The position numbers were made by a program, and so were the translations under genes. A stretch of DNA of 64,000 nucleotides from Phyllosticta citribraziliensis (lineage: Eukaryota). This document shows, in pieces, positions 22,934 through 36,437 of this stretch. The stretch covers positions 1,178,001 to 1,242,000 of the forward strand of contig NW_027117349.1 of NCBI RefSeq assembly GCF_038025025.1, given 5' to 3'. The stretch's first letter is position 1, and the number at the start of each line of letters is the position of its first letter. Under the pieces are notes generated by a model. It had not been told where the DNA came from and did no database searches. It worked only from the letters and a program-made list of their open reading frames with translations.

Positions 22934-24885
22934 AAGCTGCTACGAAGACGGCGTTTATGGACCATCATCAAAAAACTGGTGACGAGGACCATTTGCCATT
23001 TTTTTTTTTTTTCTCTCCCTCTCCTATGTTGCTACACACTGTAAATGTCATGTTGCTGATGAGCGGGATGAGCGGGACACGCGGGATTGGCTGTTCTTTT
23101 TTTCTCGTCGTTTCCATCTACGTTCAATTCCACATTGTTTGCCTCCATACCATGTCTGTCTGCTCTGCTCTGCTCCTGTTTGCGTGCTGCGAAATGAAGC
23201 GGTCAGCCTGCCAGCCTGTGGAACATGGCATATTTTTTATGCCTGCTTGCTTGCTTTGATTGATTGATTTTCGTCGGAGTCATGATGCTCTGGGGCGTAT
23301 GGTTCCCCCCGCCTTTTTCAAATGTTACCAGGCGCGACGGGGGCGTGGGATTTGGGACTAGCCAGCGTGGATGGGAACGGAAAGGAATGGAAAGGGTCAA
23401 TCGGCGTTTTTTTCTTCTTTTGGGACCTGCGTGTGTGTGTGTGTGGGCCAACTAAGCGTGTGTGTGGACGGGCGTACATTTTGTCATGGTCGTGGTCGTC
23501 GTGGTTGTTGATGATGTGCGTATGTATCTACTGTTGCAAGCAAAGCGCGCTGCAAGCTCGCTCTCTGTAGGTGCGTGCGTGTATGGCCTGGCCTCCGCCT
23601 TTGTTGGCTTGCTTGCTTGCTGGATTACACCTATATACCCTTTTTTATCACATAACACCATGAACCGTTCGTTATCCGTCATTTTTGTTCCCCTCTGCCA
23701 CAATCGCCATTTCTTATCGTGTTAGTCGACGACGAGGGGATAGACGACTTGCTGATCAATGAATGAATGGTATTGTTGAGCCTAGCTCGGTCTTGAATGA
23801 GCGGGTGTCGAAACAAGAAGGCAATGGAGACGTGCGGAGTGCTGTCTGCCTGTTTGCTCATTGTTGACGACTGGCTACGTGCACTTCGGATGGCCGATCA
23901 CGAAAACGAAAACGAAAGCCTCAGGTGCCTCCCGTCGGTGAACGGGAAACCTGCTTTTTTTGCTTTGCTTTGCTTTGCTTTGCTTGCGGCTGCGGTGTTA
24001 GGCAAGGTAGGTAGCAAGGTATATGTGGGTAGGTAGAGATTGATTCTGGGAGAGACGGCAGTCAGTGTACAGTACAGTAGGCATGCTACAGCTCACTCCG
24101 CATGGCATGGCATGGCATGGCATCGCAGCAAACCACGGTACAGGACGAGGCGTTCAAGAGAGAGAGAGGGTTGCGGGTGCGGCCGGCAGCAGGGATAGGC
24201 GGGCTCGCAGGCATCCATCAATCCACATCAGCTCATCCGCACAACCCCGCATCCCTCCGCCCAGCCCAGCCCTAAACTTGCATTTGCCTTTGACCACTCG
24301 TACTGTACAGCCCAGCCCAGCCTATCTGAACCTCTGCCGCTTGGTGGGTGGTGTGCTTGCTGCAGCGGAGACGTCACTTTTGCTTTCCTCGCCCGCTGGA
24401 AGGCTGGAAGAGGGAAAGACTGCTGCCTAGCGCCTGGAGAGAAAACGACAGGCTTTGGCTGCTGTATAACATTGGCGGCGACGGCCATGGGGCGACGGAC
24501 TCGCTCGCTCCTCTTTGATTGTTAGTTTGGTTTTTGTGTGTGGTGGGTTGCTGAGAGAGCTTGTTGCTTGCTTCCTTGGCTTACCTCTGTGGCGCACGAC
24601 GCGGGGAGAGCTCAACTGCCTACATCTCACAACCACCTCCTGCCTACTTACATGCCAACCTGCTTCGAGTACAGCTTGCACAAGCATCACTGGTTCTGTG
24701 AGCCGAGGCAAAAACCTAAACGCCTTGACGCCTTGACGCCCTGACGGCCACCAACAGGTACAGGACAGCTAGCTAGCCACCCGAAAGACAGCAAAGACTG
24801 GCCACAAGCATCGGCCGACATCAACCTCAGCCTCACCCGCAAGAACAAGAAAAAGAGCTAGGAGACGCAAAAAAGACTGGAAGAT

Positions 24886-27233
24886 ATGCAACCAAACACA
24901 GTCCCAATGACATCGACGGGCGACCGAGGTGGTCCGGGGCCCAATCGCGCTGCTAGTGGTGATAGTAGGAATGTTAGTAGCAGTCCGAGGGTTCCCTCGA
25001 CCATAGGAGACGGCGACTGGAATGCCGCTACGACTTCTACTCCGAGCACTACCGCCGCTGGATCCCAGGGCCCTGGCTCCACTGCTACCAGCCATGATGG
25101 CCTCCTCCCCTCGCTCCTCGTTGATGACAAGTCTTTCGCGTTTCCCCACAAGGATATTGAACGTGGAGACGCAAATGCAGCAGATGCGCTACAACGACAC
25201 GCCGTCGAAGAAGAAAAGGACGCAACGTTCCCTCCGTCATCGCCGCCGCCGCCGCCGCCCGTCACACTGCTAGACCGTACGCATCCCGCTGCCGTCACAC
25301 GTCTGCTGCTGGCCCCGAATCGAACCAGCTTTGCCGACCACGCTGCTGTCACGCCCGAGCCTGAAGACATGACGACGACGTACTTTGCGGCGCAGGAGCC
25401 GCTGATCGAGACGTCCGAGAACCCAAAGGACCCGGAGAATGTCGGCTGGGCGCGCAGTCCGACCGAGGCGAGGCGGACGAGGTGTTCGCCGTGTCGCGGG
25501 CTGCGCGTCTTGCTCGTGCTGCTGGGGCATGCCGTGCTGGTCTGGGTGGTTTTCGTTGCGGTCAAGGGAGGGGGGTCGAGGCAAAGCGGCAAGACGAGGG
25601 GGCAGTTGGATCAGGTACGTGTCGTGTTTTCCAGAAGAGATGGAAATGGGAAATTTGGGCACGCTGCATCGTGAACTGACTGCATGGTGGTGTACAGCCA
25701 ACCCATCACGATGCTAGCGGCCTGCAGCAATGGTTTACAGATCCCACACAGCTCTCTTCGCAGCACAACCACCCCTTCAGATGCAACCCCGAGCATGTTC
25801 AGAGCTCGACCGCCGAGTTTGAAGAGCCTGGCACGTTCGAAGTGCGCGAAGCACTGCAATTGCACCAGGGACGCCGCCGCGGCTATCACCACGTATCTGG
25901 CCACATCAACCTGATTCCCGGCGCCGCGGACCAAACGCCGCAACTCATCGTCAACACGACCGTCTGGTCCAGCTGGCCGCAGACACTGAACCGCCGCATC
26001 GCAACCAAGACGACCGACACGGCGCTGCGGCTGCAGCTCGTATCATCCGGACCACCAGGAGAAGATGATGGAGATGAGGACGACAACGATGAAGAAGAGT
26101 GCACCTTCATCCGGCTCAACATCGCCGTGGCGCCCAACACAACACTCAGCACGCTATCAATCCGCTCCACACACCTCTCGCTCTCCTTCTACCCCGACCT
26201 CGCCCCCGCGCACCTACGCGTCACAAACACGACCTCGATCCGCCTCAGCCGCGGCGCCGTCGCCGCGCGCGCCGCCTCGTCCGTCCCGCCCGCCCGCAAC
26301 ACCACCATCGAGCTCGCCAGCGGCGCCATCTCCGGCGTCTTCCCGCTCGTCGACCTGCTCCGCCTGGCCACGCAGTCGGGCGCCGTGCGCGCGTCCGTCG
26401 TCCCGTACGCCTCGAGCCCCCTGAACCGCTCGTCCTCGTCCTCGTCCTCGTCTATTCCTCCCGCCATCCTCGACGCCTCGACGCAGGCGGGCGAACTGCA
26501 CGTCGCGTTCCCGGCGGCCGACGGCGGCGCGATTCCGCCGCGGACGTACGTCACGCGCGCGCGCACGGCGAGCGGGGCGCTGGGCGGGCGGTTCCTGCTG
26601 GGGCAGCAGACGCGGCTGCAGAGCGCGGTTGGCGCGCTGAAGGCGGAAATAGTGCCCGTGTTCGCCTACGCTCCGCAAGCCGTCGGGCGCGCAGAGGCAG
26701 AGGCAGAGGCAGAGGCAGAAGAGGACTACGCCCACGCCCTCAGCACGTCGACCAGCGCCGGCTCGTCGCAGATCCGCGTCCTGTCGCCCGTCGCCGTGGC
26801 CGCCCCCAACAAGTCTCTCTATCCCTCTCACCCCCGCTCCTCCTCGTCCTCGCCCCTCTCTCCCTCTCCCCCGCCTCCCCATCTCTCGATCCTCGCAACG
26901 CACACCAGCCGCACGGGATTCCTCCGCGCCGTCTACCCGCCCGCCTGGCGCGGCGCCGTCTGCGCCGTGGCGCGCGTCGGGCGCGTCGAGCTGGGCGGCG
27001 AGGGCGTGCGCGTCACGCGGCGCGAGCGGCTGGGGTGGGTTGGGAGTCGGGTCTGCGGCGTCAAGGGCGACGGGGAGGGTGGGGAGCAGGATGGGGAGGT
27101 GGACGTGCAGCTGAGCGTGCAGACGGGGGACGTCGAGTTCTGGGTCGCTGACGGCGAGGGGCAGGGGCAGGGGGAGGAGCGCGGACGGGGAACGGGAGAG
27201 GCGTCGGATGGCGGCGAGGACGGCGAGTTGTAA
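24886..27233 (+). CDS. Single-pass membrane protein with a repetitive beta-rich C-terminal domain (DUF4097/putative-adhesin-like); intron 25615-25697
   Basis: Phase-0 GTACGT..TACAG intron joins two ORFs in frame. One TM segment (LRVLLVLLGHAVLVWVVFVAV). Repeated S-G-x-[IVL] units (LASGAISG, TQSGAVRA, TASGALGG, TSAGSSQI). The family name is inferred. Confidence 0.65.
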
Positions 27234-30200
27234 GTTGCGAGGCGAAAGATGTTGAGAGGGTGTGGCGTTTGGGAAGAGCTTGGAAAGGGAAAGGAAAAGC
27301 AAAAGGAAAGGAAAGGATAGAATGTCTGTGTGCGGTGTGGTATGGTATGTAAGTGTGTTTGGTTGGAGACGCGGCGGGGCGGCGCTTTTCATTATTGAGC
27401 GACTTGCCCTGAGATTAAGAAAGACAATTAAAGTCACAATGTATACTCTTTTAAGTTCAGGGAAGAACGAAGGAGAAGAAGGATTACGAAGTAGGAGAGC
27501 AGAAATCCTCTACTTCATCCTCCTCCCTCTGACCGCTTGCCAAAGCACCACCCATCGCAGCACTCACTGTCTCTTCAGTTGATTGAAGCTCGAGCGTCGC
27601 AGGTTCATAGACCCCATCTCCCTCTTTTTCTGCTGCTGTTCGGTGAGTGCAGGCAACGCGACCTACGACGCCTACCCAACATGGGAGGAATTGACCGTCT
27701 CTGCCCGCTCGCATTCGAAATCATGGCAGGCTCTGTTTGCGTTTGCGTTCTTCAAATTTGTCCTCTCTGGACCGATGTGATCCCAAAGTAAGTAACCGCC
27801 GAGGTTGGTGAAGACCCGATGCCAGTGACGAGTGTGAGTGCAAAGACAGGAAGAGAGAGGGGTAGGTGGTTTTTATACTCACGCGGTCAGCCCTGCAATG
27901 GCGGGATCAGGGGCCGCGTGACAGCGGAGACGCGCGCTGATGTTGCGCCCTCGTTCGCGCGTGATGAAGAAGCTCGGGATTTTGGCATACCTTTGCTCAT
28001 GATTGGCTCGTGGCCGGCGCACAGGCAGCCTCGGGGCTAGAGTTTAGGGGTAGAAGGGGTATAAAAGCACACCCTCGATGCTCATACGCGTGGGAGATAT
28101 TGAACCCCTCTCTGTTGAGACCTCGCTCCAACAGAAATCCATGTCGAGATGGTCACTGGTTTAGTTTTTCTTCTCCTGCCTGGATCTTTTTCATGTGGCC
28201 GGTGAGAAGCAAGTCTGGCTAAAGAGATGCCCGCATTTTGGATCAACGATGCTCGGTTTCATTGAAGGGGAATTGGGGCAGCAGTTTGATGCATTGATGC
28301 AGTTCAAGAGTCTGGTACTAGATGCAAGATTTGTGAGCTGCAGTCTCCAAGTCGGCAGAGCTTGCACCAGACATCACAAAGCAGATTAACTGCCCAGAAG
28401 CCCGGACACCAGAGAAAAGTTGATCAGTTTCGACCCAGGCATTGCATGTGCGGGTCATTGTCGATGTGGAAAGAAAGCAAGACAGGGACTTCGACAAGCG
28501 CTTTATACGAGCTCGCTTGGCTGCGTGGGCGGATGATGGGAATGCAAGGGGAGCCGCGTGACGTAGCGGTCTTGGGTGTTTGTTTTCCATGTGGTCTGCC
28601 ACCACAAGCACGCAGGGTGACGTCAATCGACAAAGTCTGCCCGCATTCCAGAAGATGGTCGCGTCCCTCGGACAACCTGCATTTTGCCATCAACAAGAAC
28701 GACCATGAGCCGGCATTCGAGTGTTGACAGTGTGGTGGTGCCTCACCATCGGATTTTGGCGGGCAGAAATTCGGTGTCAGATCGGCGACGTGAAGAAAAG
28801 GATTCCAAAAAGTCGACACACCCTGGGTTCCAGATGAACTGCCAACACGTGTGCCCAAGACCGTTGGGACCTGTTTCGGTGGCTTGAATTGGATCCCAGG
28901 GTTGTCTTGAAGCATGTCAAGGAGAGAGTCTGGCCCGCCCTTTGGCGAGCACGCGCGAGGCTAGCCGTCGGCGCTAACCGAAAGGGGAAGGGGATGCATG
29001 GGCGTAGCGGACGGGGTCCTGCTCAATCGCTTCCGGTTGACAGACGATGGGCTCGGTGACAGGTGGGCTGGACCATGGTTGCAGCCGTGGCAGCAGAGGC
29101 AGCATCGTGACAGACGGCTAGATGCAGTTGCGGGAGTGTAGCGTGCGTGCGTGCGTGCTATTCTTGGACGAGCAGCGGGCGGAAAGACGACCAAGAGCTT
29201 GACTCGAGGTGGGTGCCTGAGACCAAGGCGACCTGACGACTCGAGCTGACTGACCATGGCGCTTCGATGGCCCGGGTATTCATCTCAGCCTCGCAAAAAG
29301 CAAATCTTGGATCGACAGCGGTTGGAGAGATGACTGACGAGACGTCGTTTTCAAGCAAAGACAAAAGGCGAGGCCATCGGGCCGGGCAGTCGAAGGCAAT
29401 GCATGATGAAAGCATAAGCGTGATGCAGTCCACAAGCGGTCTAGGGAAGGGAGCCTGTCCCTGTCGACGTTGATGGCCAAGGCACACCAGCCAGGGCAGC
29501 ACTGTCGCGACCACGGTCCAATCCGACGGCTCGACAGTCGAATTCCAAGGCGGGGCTGTGATGCAGAACCGGGCGCATGAGTATTTTGTGTCCAGTGTCC
29601 CCGCACGCGACGCCGTTACGAATCAGCGAAGGAGAGGAGGGTAGAAAATAGAGTGGCTGACATCAGTCGGTGTCGCTGGGGGCAGTCTAGTGACGTGTAA
29701 TGGTACGGTGAGGCCATCTCCAGCGCTCCGTCGAGCGTTGCAGGCGGCGAGTCGGCAGCGAATCAGGGCCGCCTCACGCAACGGCAACGAGTCCGCAGCC
29801 GTGAGAGTTGACGATAGCTGCAAATTAACGGGCACGAGGAAAAATAAAAGTTTTGTCCGTCGGGAGCGGCATAAGATTGCGGGCTGCTTGTGCTTGCACC
29901 AGTGGCTGCCACTGGCCAATGACAGCCCCGAGCCCTCAGGCCTGCGCCGCCCGCCTGCCTCGACCGACATCAACGCCCCGTTTCTCCCCCCAAACACCAC
30001 CACCCGCCCTCCTACACTACAACTGCCCCATTGCCTGCTGCCTCTCTCTCTTCTCTCTCCACCTCAACCTCCTCACGCCTCTCCATTCCCGCGCGCGGCC
30101 AACTCGTCGTCACCGTCAGCACCCGCTTGGCCCGCGCGCTTGACCTCATCCCGTGCAATTTACCTTCCCCCCGACCGCCTGTCCATGCGTTGGTTATCGA

Positions 30201-30498
30201 GCGCCACAAATCCTCTCTCCCTCTAGCCCTCCTCGAGGCCACTCTACCCTCTGCCGACGCCCATGCTGCTCCAGTAGAGTAGCCGCCTCTTTTGCTCGCG
30301 CCAGCTGCCGTGGAACATTGTCTGCGTGCGACGAACCGACGAGGCCGCTCATCACCACATCCCTGTCGGCCCCTCCCCTGCCGCCTCTACTGGCCTCACG
30401 CCTGGAGACCTGCGAGCCCGCCAACTTCCGCCCCAAACTCACCTCTCTCCGGTCACCCTGAGCAGTGCTGCTGCTGCCGCCGCGTCCAAATGCGCTCC

Positions 30499-32280
30499 AT
30501 GGCCATGGTCTCTCCCTCGCCGGCCGTAACCACCATAACCCCGCCGAGCAGCTCCCATGGTGACCGCAGCTCCTGGGACCTTGCGGTTCCTCTTGATAAC
30601 GAGGTGCGTGCATGTCGCCATAGACACGCTTGTCTTGCATTCTCCCGCGCACGCTTTGCCCAGGCTTGCTTGCGACATTTCGCGTCAAGACCAAACCCGA
30701 CTAACGCCGTAGCCGAATTCTAGAACCCACTCTTCGACAAGACCTACATGTCGCACGATGCCTCGGCCAGATTTGCTGGCAAACGCCAGCTCCTCTCCAA
30801 CCAGCCGAATGGGAACCCACGATACACCCAAGTGCGCCGCAACGAGCCGGTGGAGCCATATCGTTCCAACCCCATCCCCAACCGCGTCGAGGCGCTGGGA
30901 AAGAATCCCGGCCCCAACGGGACCACGGGCAGCGAGTCCGACAGCTTGTTGGATTTGTATGAGGAGCATCGGACCCGGACCATGAGCTCCGAAGCGGATG
31001 ACCTAGACCCCGTCGAGCAAGATCAGTCGTACTGGATACATCGCGATAAGCTGGCAGAAATTGAGAGGACCGAGTTGGAGAATGCTGGCTTTATTCCTAG
31101 GCAATCCACTACGACTAGTCGGTCGAGCAGCAGGTCTAGGCCTCCGCGCCGGAAGAAAGAGCTCAGTCCTCTGGATGGTAGCCTCATGGCGGAAAAGAGC
31201 CCCAAGTCAAACCCCACTTCTCCGCCTCCTGGACGAACCGACTTCCAGGAAAATCCAACAAGCGATAGATCCTCTCCCGTGGACGGGGCCGATCGCGAAA
31301 ATGGATCACGTATCCCGCGCCCTGCCACATCCAAGATTCCCATTCCAAAATCTACGCCCGCAGCGAGTCCAACCTGGTCGTCGGGAGAGCCTCGCAGCCG
31401 CAGTGGGAGCGCAAACTTGCTGTCAGGACCCCCTGCGGAGGCACTCGCGATGCGCAAGACTCGGAAGAGGGGTGGTAGCGTGGGAAGTCAGGTCTTGCTG
31501 GACGACGTGTCGGATCCTGGAAAATCAACCGGGAGCGATGAAGAGAAAAAGAAGGCTTCTCCCACCAAGGCCAGGACTCCTAGAAACAAGACTCCCACTT
31601 CGGCCAAGAGACAGGCCAGCAAGCCGCGGACCGCCTCGAACCAAAAGCAAAGAGCCAATTCTGGCTCCAGGCCTCGCACGGCCTCTCGTCCAACAACTGC
31701 TCGCCCCGAAGGCGAAGCGCCGTGGATTGCTACCATGTACAAGCCGGACCCACGTCTGCCCCAGGACCAGCAGATGCTGCCCACTCACGCCAAACGCATG
31801 GCTCAAGAACAGTGGGAAAAGGACGGCAGGTTCGGAAACACGTACGACACGGAGTTTCGGCCCCTCAACGACTTTGACTTTGGACCCAGACCACCGCAGT
31901 CTCCTTCGAGCTTGCCTCAAGAAAGGGAAGATGTGCAGACGGCGCAGTCTCAAGAACCATACAGGCCTCAACAGTATAGGCCTCAAGAACAGTACAGGAT
32001 GGAGACTCCCAAGTCGGAGAAACCCGAGGAAGACGTCAACTGGCCGCTCTCGAGTCCCGAACCAACGGAGAGAATTGAAAAATCGCCCACCCGCAACAGC
32101 CCCAATGCAGAGCATGGAGGCTTCAAACTCACGCCCAGCGTATCTCCTCCCCCGCCCCAAAACGAGAGCCCCATTGCGCCTTCGCCCCGCATCGGATCGC
32201 CCATCCGTGTGCCCGAAGTCCCAGAGGAAAAGGCAGGCAAGAAGCCGAAAAAGAGCTTCTGCTGCTGCACCGTCATGTAA
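30499..32280 (+). CDS. teaR: Prenylated cell-end marker receptor TeaR (Mod5-like); intron 30604-30723
   Basis: N-terminal TPPSSSHG, WIHRDKLAEIE..EL, RPEGEAPWIATMYKPDPRLPQDQQMLPTHAKR..QEQWEKDG, basic patch and CAAX ending KKPKKSFCCCTVM*. Confidence 0.8.
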
Positions 32281-33162
32281 GGGCCTCGTCCAAAACATTT
32301 GCTCGTCAGCGTTTCCTTGCACTCTATTTGGATTTTCATCATACCCATTCCCGAGCTCTCAGCTTTGTACAGCGACGCTTTACGTTTCCTTTGTGTTGTT
32401 GCAGGCCCGGGCGTTTGATTGGTGCGAAAAGGCTACATACCACCAAGGCGACTTTCCTAGCTTTTGTTGATTTGTCGTTGCATCGTGGCGCGCGCGCGCA
32501 GGGCCGCGTCCTCTCCTTTCGATTCCTTTTCGTTTCTGTTTCTCTGTGGTTGACAGCATGGCGCTTCAGCGAGTTGCAAGTCCGCTCCAACGCGTTGTCC
32601 TCCCGGGGCGGCGCAAAAGTTGCTATGCGGCAAAAGATCTTGATACACGATTTTAATCAGTTGTGCACCGGGACCCCCCTTCGCGCGTTTTGCTTTTTAC
32701 TTCTATCTTTGCTTCGAAAATCGTCTTGGAAAGGCAAGGCGAGGGACATTAACTCCCGTATTGTAGGTCCAGCTGGCTGTAAATGAGAGTAGCATTGCAC
32801 TCGTGACTGGATCAAAGAGTGCGGTTGTGATGGAGTTTGCGGGCGTGTGGATCATGGCTAGTGCGAGCGTGGTCATGGAACGCCGCATGTGCCTGGTGTC
32901 GGGGTGAGACAGACTACAATAAACACCGTACAAAAATAGTCCGCAGTTTTATCGTGAAAGAGAGGGTGGAGGTCAGGTCGTGTAGGCGTAACGTGCTGAC
33001 TAAGAGCGCCAAGCCTCGCTTGCGGCACAAACGCCCGCGGTCGATTTTCAACTTTTCGAGCTCCATTACGACAACGACGACCGTTTCTACTAACCCCACC
33101 ACCAAAAACAACACCCGATCTCTTCGAGGAACCCCGACATCACCACCAACCCCATATTCAAA

Positions 33163-33848
33163 ATGGTACGTGCATGACGCGAACGGCATTGGCAGTCCAC
33201 GCCAGCGGCAATGGCGGGCAGGGCAGCACACCAGCAGCAGCCCACCGCCGGACCCTTCCTCCCTCCCCCCATCCCTCCCCCCACTCGCTCGCCGAACCTC
33301 ACTAACCCCTCCCCACAGTCGGACGGAGAAGAGCAACCGCAAGTCGAGCAGCAGGAGCAGCAGGAGGAAGTCGAAGTGTCGGCCGATGCGTCATCCGGCC
33401 AGATGTCGGTGCTGGACGCGCTCAAGGGCGTGCTCAAGATCGCGCTGATCCACGACGGGCTGGCGCGCGGCCTGCGCGAGGCCAGCAAGGCGCTGGACCG
33501 CCGCCAGGCGCACATGTGCGTGCTCAACGAGGCCTGCGAGGAGGAGGCGTACAAGAAGCTCGTCGTCGCGCTGTGCTCCGAGCACAAGATCCCGCTCATC
33601 AAGGTGCCGGACGGCAAGCAGCTCGGCGAGTGGGCCGGTTTGTGTGAGTTCTGCCTTTTGCCCCCCCTTCCTCCCTAGGACGTGTTTTGTGGCCGGTGGC
33701 TAATGTGAATTTGGGGGTTGCAGGCCAGATCGACCGCGAGGGCAACGCGCGCAAGGTCGTCAACTGCTCGTGCGTCGTCGTCAAGGACTGGGGCGAGGAG
33801 TCGCAGGAGCGCTCCGTCCTGCTCAACTACTTCCAGACGGAGCAGTAG
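33163..33848 (+). CDS. RPS12: 40S ribosomal protein S12 (eS12); first coding exon is the ATG alone, introns 33166-33318 and 33644-33723
   Basis: [75 protein letters not shown]. Confidence 0.97.
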
Positions 33849-34946
33849 ATGCATCTCGCCGAGATGCATGCTGCTGCTGACTGCCTGACCCTCCCCCCTT
33901 CTCCTCTCTTCTCCTCTGCATCGACCAATCAACCGACCACCGACATCGACGTGGAAATGTCCATCCTGGTCTTGAAGGGCTCTCCTAGACGATTCTCGAC
34001 GACAATTTGTGCGGCGGCGGCCTGACGACTCTCGACTTTGGTGGAGGAACAAGGCCGGCGGCAGCCGTGGTGGTCCAGTAGGATGGATGGGGTGGTGCGA
34101 GATGTCAGTCAAGTACCTCACACACCACATGGCATGGGAGCCACTGCACGGAAAACTTGCGGTTAGATACCGGGGCGTCATTGACTTGACGCTCTGGGGC
34201 CAAAAATTCTGAACGGTTGAACCCCCAGCTAGCTACTCTACGACGTGACTGAGCATGTGGCGGTGATGTTGCGATGATGTTGATTTTTTGATTGTGGATG
34301 GGTGGTGGTGATGTTGACGTGACTGTGACTACTACAAGCGCCTTTCTTTGCCTTGTTAACCATTGACACTGTCTTGACGCCTTGTCTTAACGCCTAACCC
34401 TGACACCTAAACGCTACTTAAATACATGTACATACATCATACTCTATGAAAGCTTACCATACCAGCCAGGTCAGGAAAGACGTAGAAATCACGACAAAAA
34501 TCTATCTACCCATCTCTCATCCCATCTCCACCCACCTACAACACACCATTGACCTCCTGTCCCTCTCCGTCCTCCTTTTCTCTCACGCCCTCCTTCTGCC
34601 CATTGCCATTGCCATTGCCATTGCCATTGCCATGAACCCCCATACTCCCATTCATACCACTCATACTCTCCCTCCACCCCTCGCCCAACCCGCCCAAGCC
34701 CATCCCCGGCCCCACGCCACTGCCAATCAGCACTTTGGACGTGCGCTCGCCATTCAGCACCTGCATGTCGCGCTCCAGCACATCCTCCTCGTCATCGACG
34801 GCAGCGTCACTGCGCCCGTGTCTGTGGCCGAGTTTGTACCCTTCGCTCGCAGCGCCACTGCCACTGCCACTGCCGTTGAGCGACCGCGCCCGCGCGCGCG
34901 ACCCAACCCACCGCCGCCGCTCCCTCGCGCCGCGCACAGCGGCTAG

Positions 34947-36073
34947 TCACGCAGACGGATGGTCGTGTCCGCCCCCGTGTCCATGCCCCGTCACCGCCGC
35001 GCCGACCCACGACCCCTTGCGCGCCGCAACCTTGCGCGGCGGACTAGTCTTGACCTGCACGCCCACCTCGCCATCCCCGATCGCATCTCGATCTTTCTCC
35101 GTGTCTTGCGGGGGAGCCGTGGCGGCCGCCGGCGGCGGACTGCCCGGCCCCGGGCCCGGCCCCAGCCACACGCGATTGGGGCGCGCGAGGCCGCGCTCGA
35201 CGTCGGCGAGGACGCTGCGCTGCAGCTGGGCGGCTTGGGTCGGTGTTGCGGCGGCGGTGTTTGCGTTCGTGGAGGAGTTTGGGGATGGGGAGGACGAGGA
35301 CGAGGACCAGACGAAGTTGCCGGCGCCGCCGCGGCCGGTGCGCGCGAGGGGCTTTTCTGCTGGCGAAGAAGAGGAGGAGGGGGCTGTTGAGGATGCGTTG
35401 GCGGGCGGCGGCGGCGGTTGTGTCGACGAGCCGTTGCTGGCGTGGTGCGGCGTCGCCGTCGCCGTCGCCGTGTTGTACCACTTGCTCTGCGTGTCCAAAT
35501 CGCTCAGCTCGCGTGGAGGCGGCTCGGCCGTGGCCGTCGCCGTCGTGAACGCCGCCGAGGTGGTGGACGACGGGGGCGCGCCCGCTGGCACGACGTACTC
35601 GCCGACGGCGGCATCGCTGGCCGACGACGAGGCGTTGACGGTGGTCTGGAAGGTGCCCGTCTGCGCGAGCTCCGCCGGCGAGTACGTGTTACCGGCGCCG
35701 CCGCGGCCCGAGTGGGCAAAGGGCAGCGGCGGCGAGGTCGTCGTGCGGATGGGGACGATGGAGCCGGTGCGCGAGGCGCGGCGGTGTTGCGATGCGATGT
35801 TCTGCGGTGCGGATGCTAGTCAGTCTGTGACCTGACCTGACCTGGCCCGCGGCTCTTGGTGTGCGGTGGGTGGGTGGTGATGTGCGCAAGGTTGGTTGCG
35901 CACGCTGCCGACGGCACGAGGCTTGGTCGAGGGACAAGACGTGCAAGACAAGACAAGACAAGAAAAGCCTGGATGGGGGGATGTGGACGCATTGCATTAC
36001 TCACCTCTGCCACCTTCTTGCTCTGCTCTTCCTGGGCCTCATAGTTCCCTGCGCCGCCGCGTCCCCACGCCAT
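34947..36073 (-). CDS. GRGGAGN-repeat protein (DUF3602/Par32-like), 307 aa; intron 35802-36004; ends at TGA-CTAG
   Basis: Three GRGGAGN motifs (MAWGRGGAGNY, HSGRGGAGNTY, RTGRGGAGNFVW). Phase-0 GTGAGT..CTGAC..CAG intron. C-terminal VLADVERGLARP motif. Confidence 0.75.
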
Positions 36074-36406
36074 GATGTCGTCGGTCGTCGGCGGGCAATG
36101 TGACGGGTCGAGTGGTGGTGCGTCGTTCGTCGTACTCGTCCGTTCGTTCGGCTCGCTGGACCAGCAGCCCAAGAAATGCGCTATGTGTGGTTGGGATGGG
36201 CGGTGTAACGAGGCCGAGTGATTCTGACGTCGCTGTGTGTTGCTGCTGCTCTGGACACGTTGGCGCGTGCGCTCTCGGATGCCTGTCCTTGTGCGCGGGT
36301 GGGTAGCACGTAGAGAAATTCGCTGGCTAGCTGGTGGCTTGCTTGCTTGCTTGGGTCGTGGGTGGAGGATCTTCTTGTCCCGGTGTCGGTGTGCGATGAC
36401 TTTGCT

Positions 36407-36437
<31 letters not shown>

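Noticed and set aside
26099..27437. 350-aa and 407-aa overlapping ORFs
   Set aside because: Shadow ORFs of a GC-rich CDS.
31061..32470. 469-aa alternative-frame ORF overlapping teaR
   Set aside because: Non-ATG start, no recognisable domain, and composition typical of a shifted frame.
34735..35835. 366-aa plus-strand ORF
   Set aside because: Antisense mirror of the GRGGAGN gene, which has the motifs and splice signals on the minus strand.
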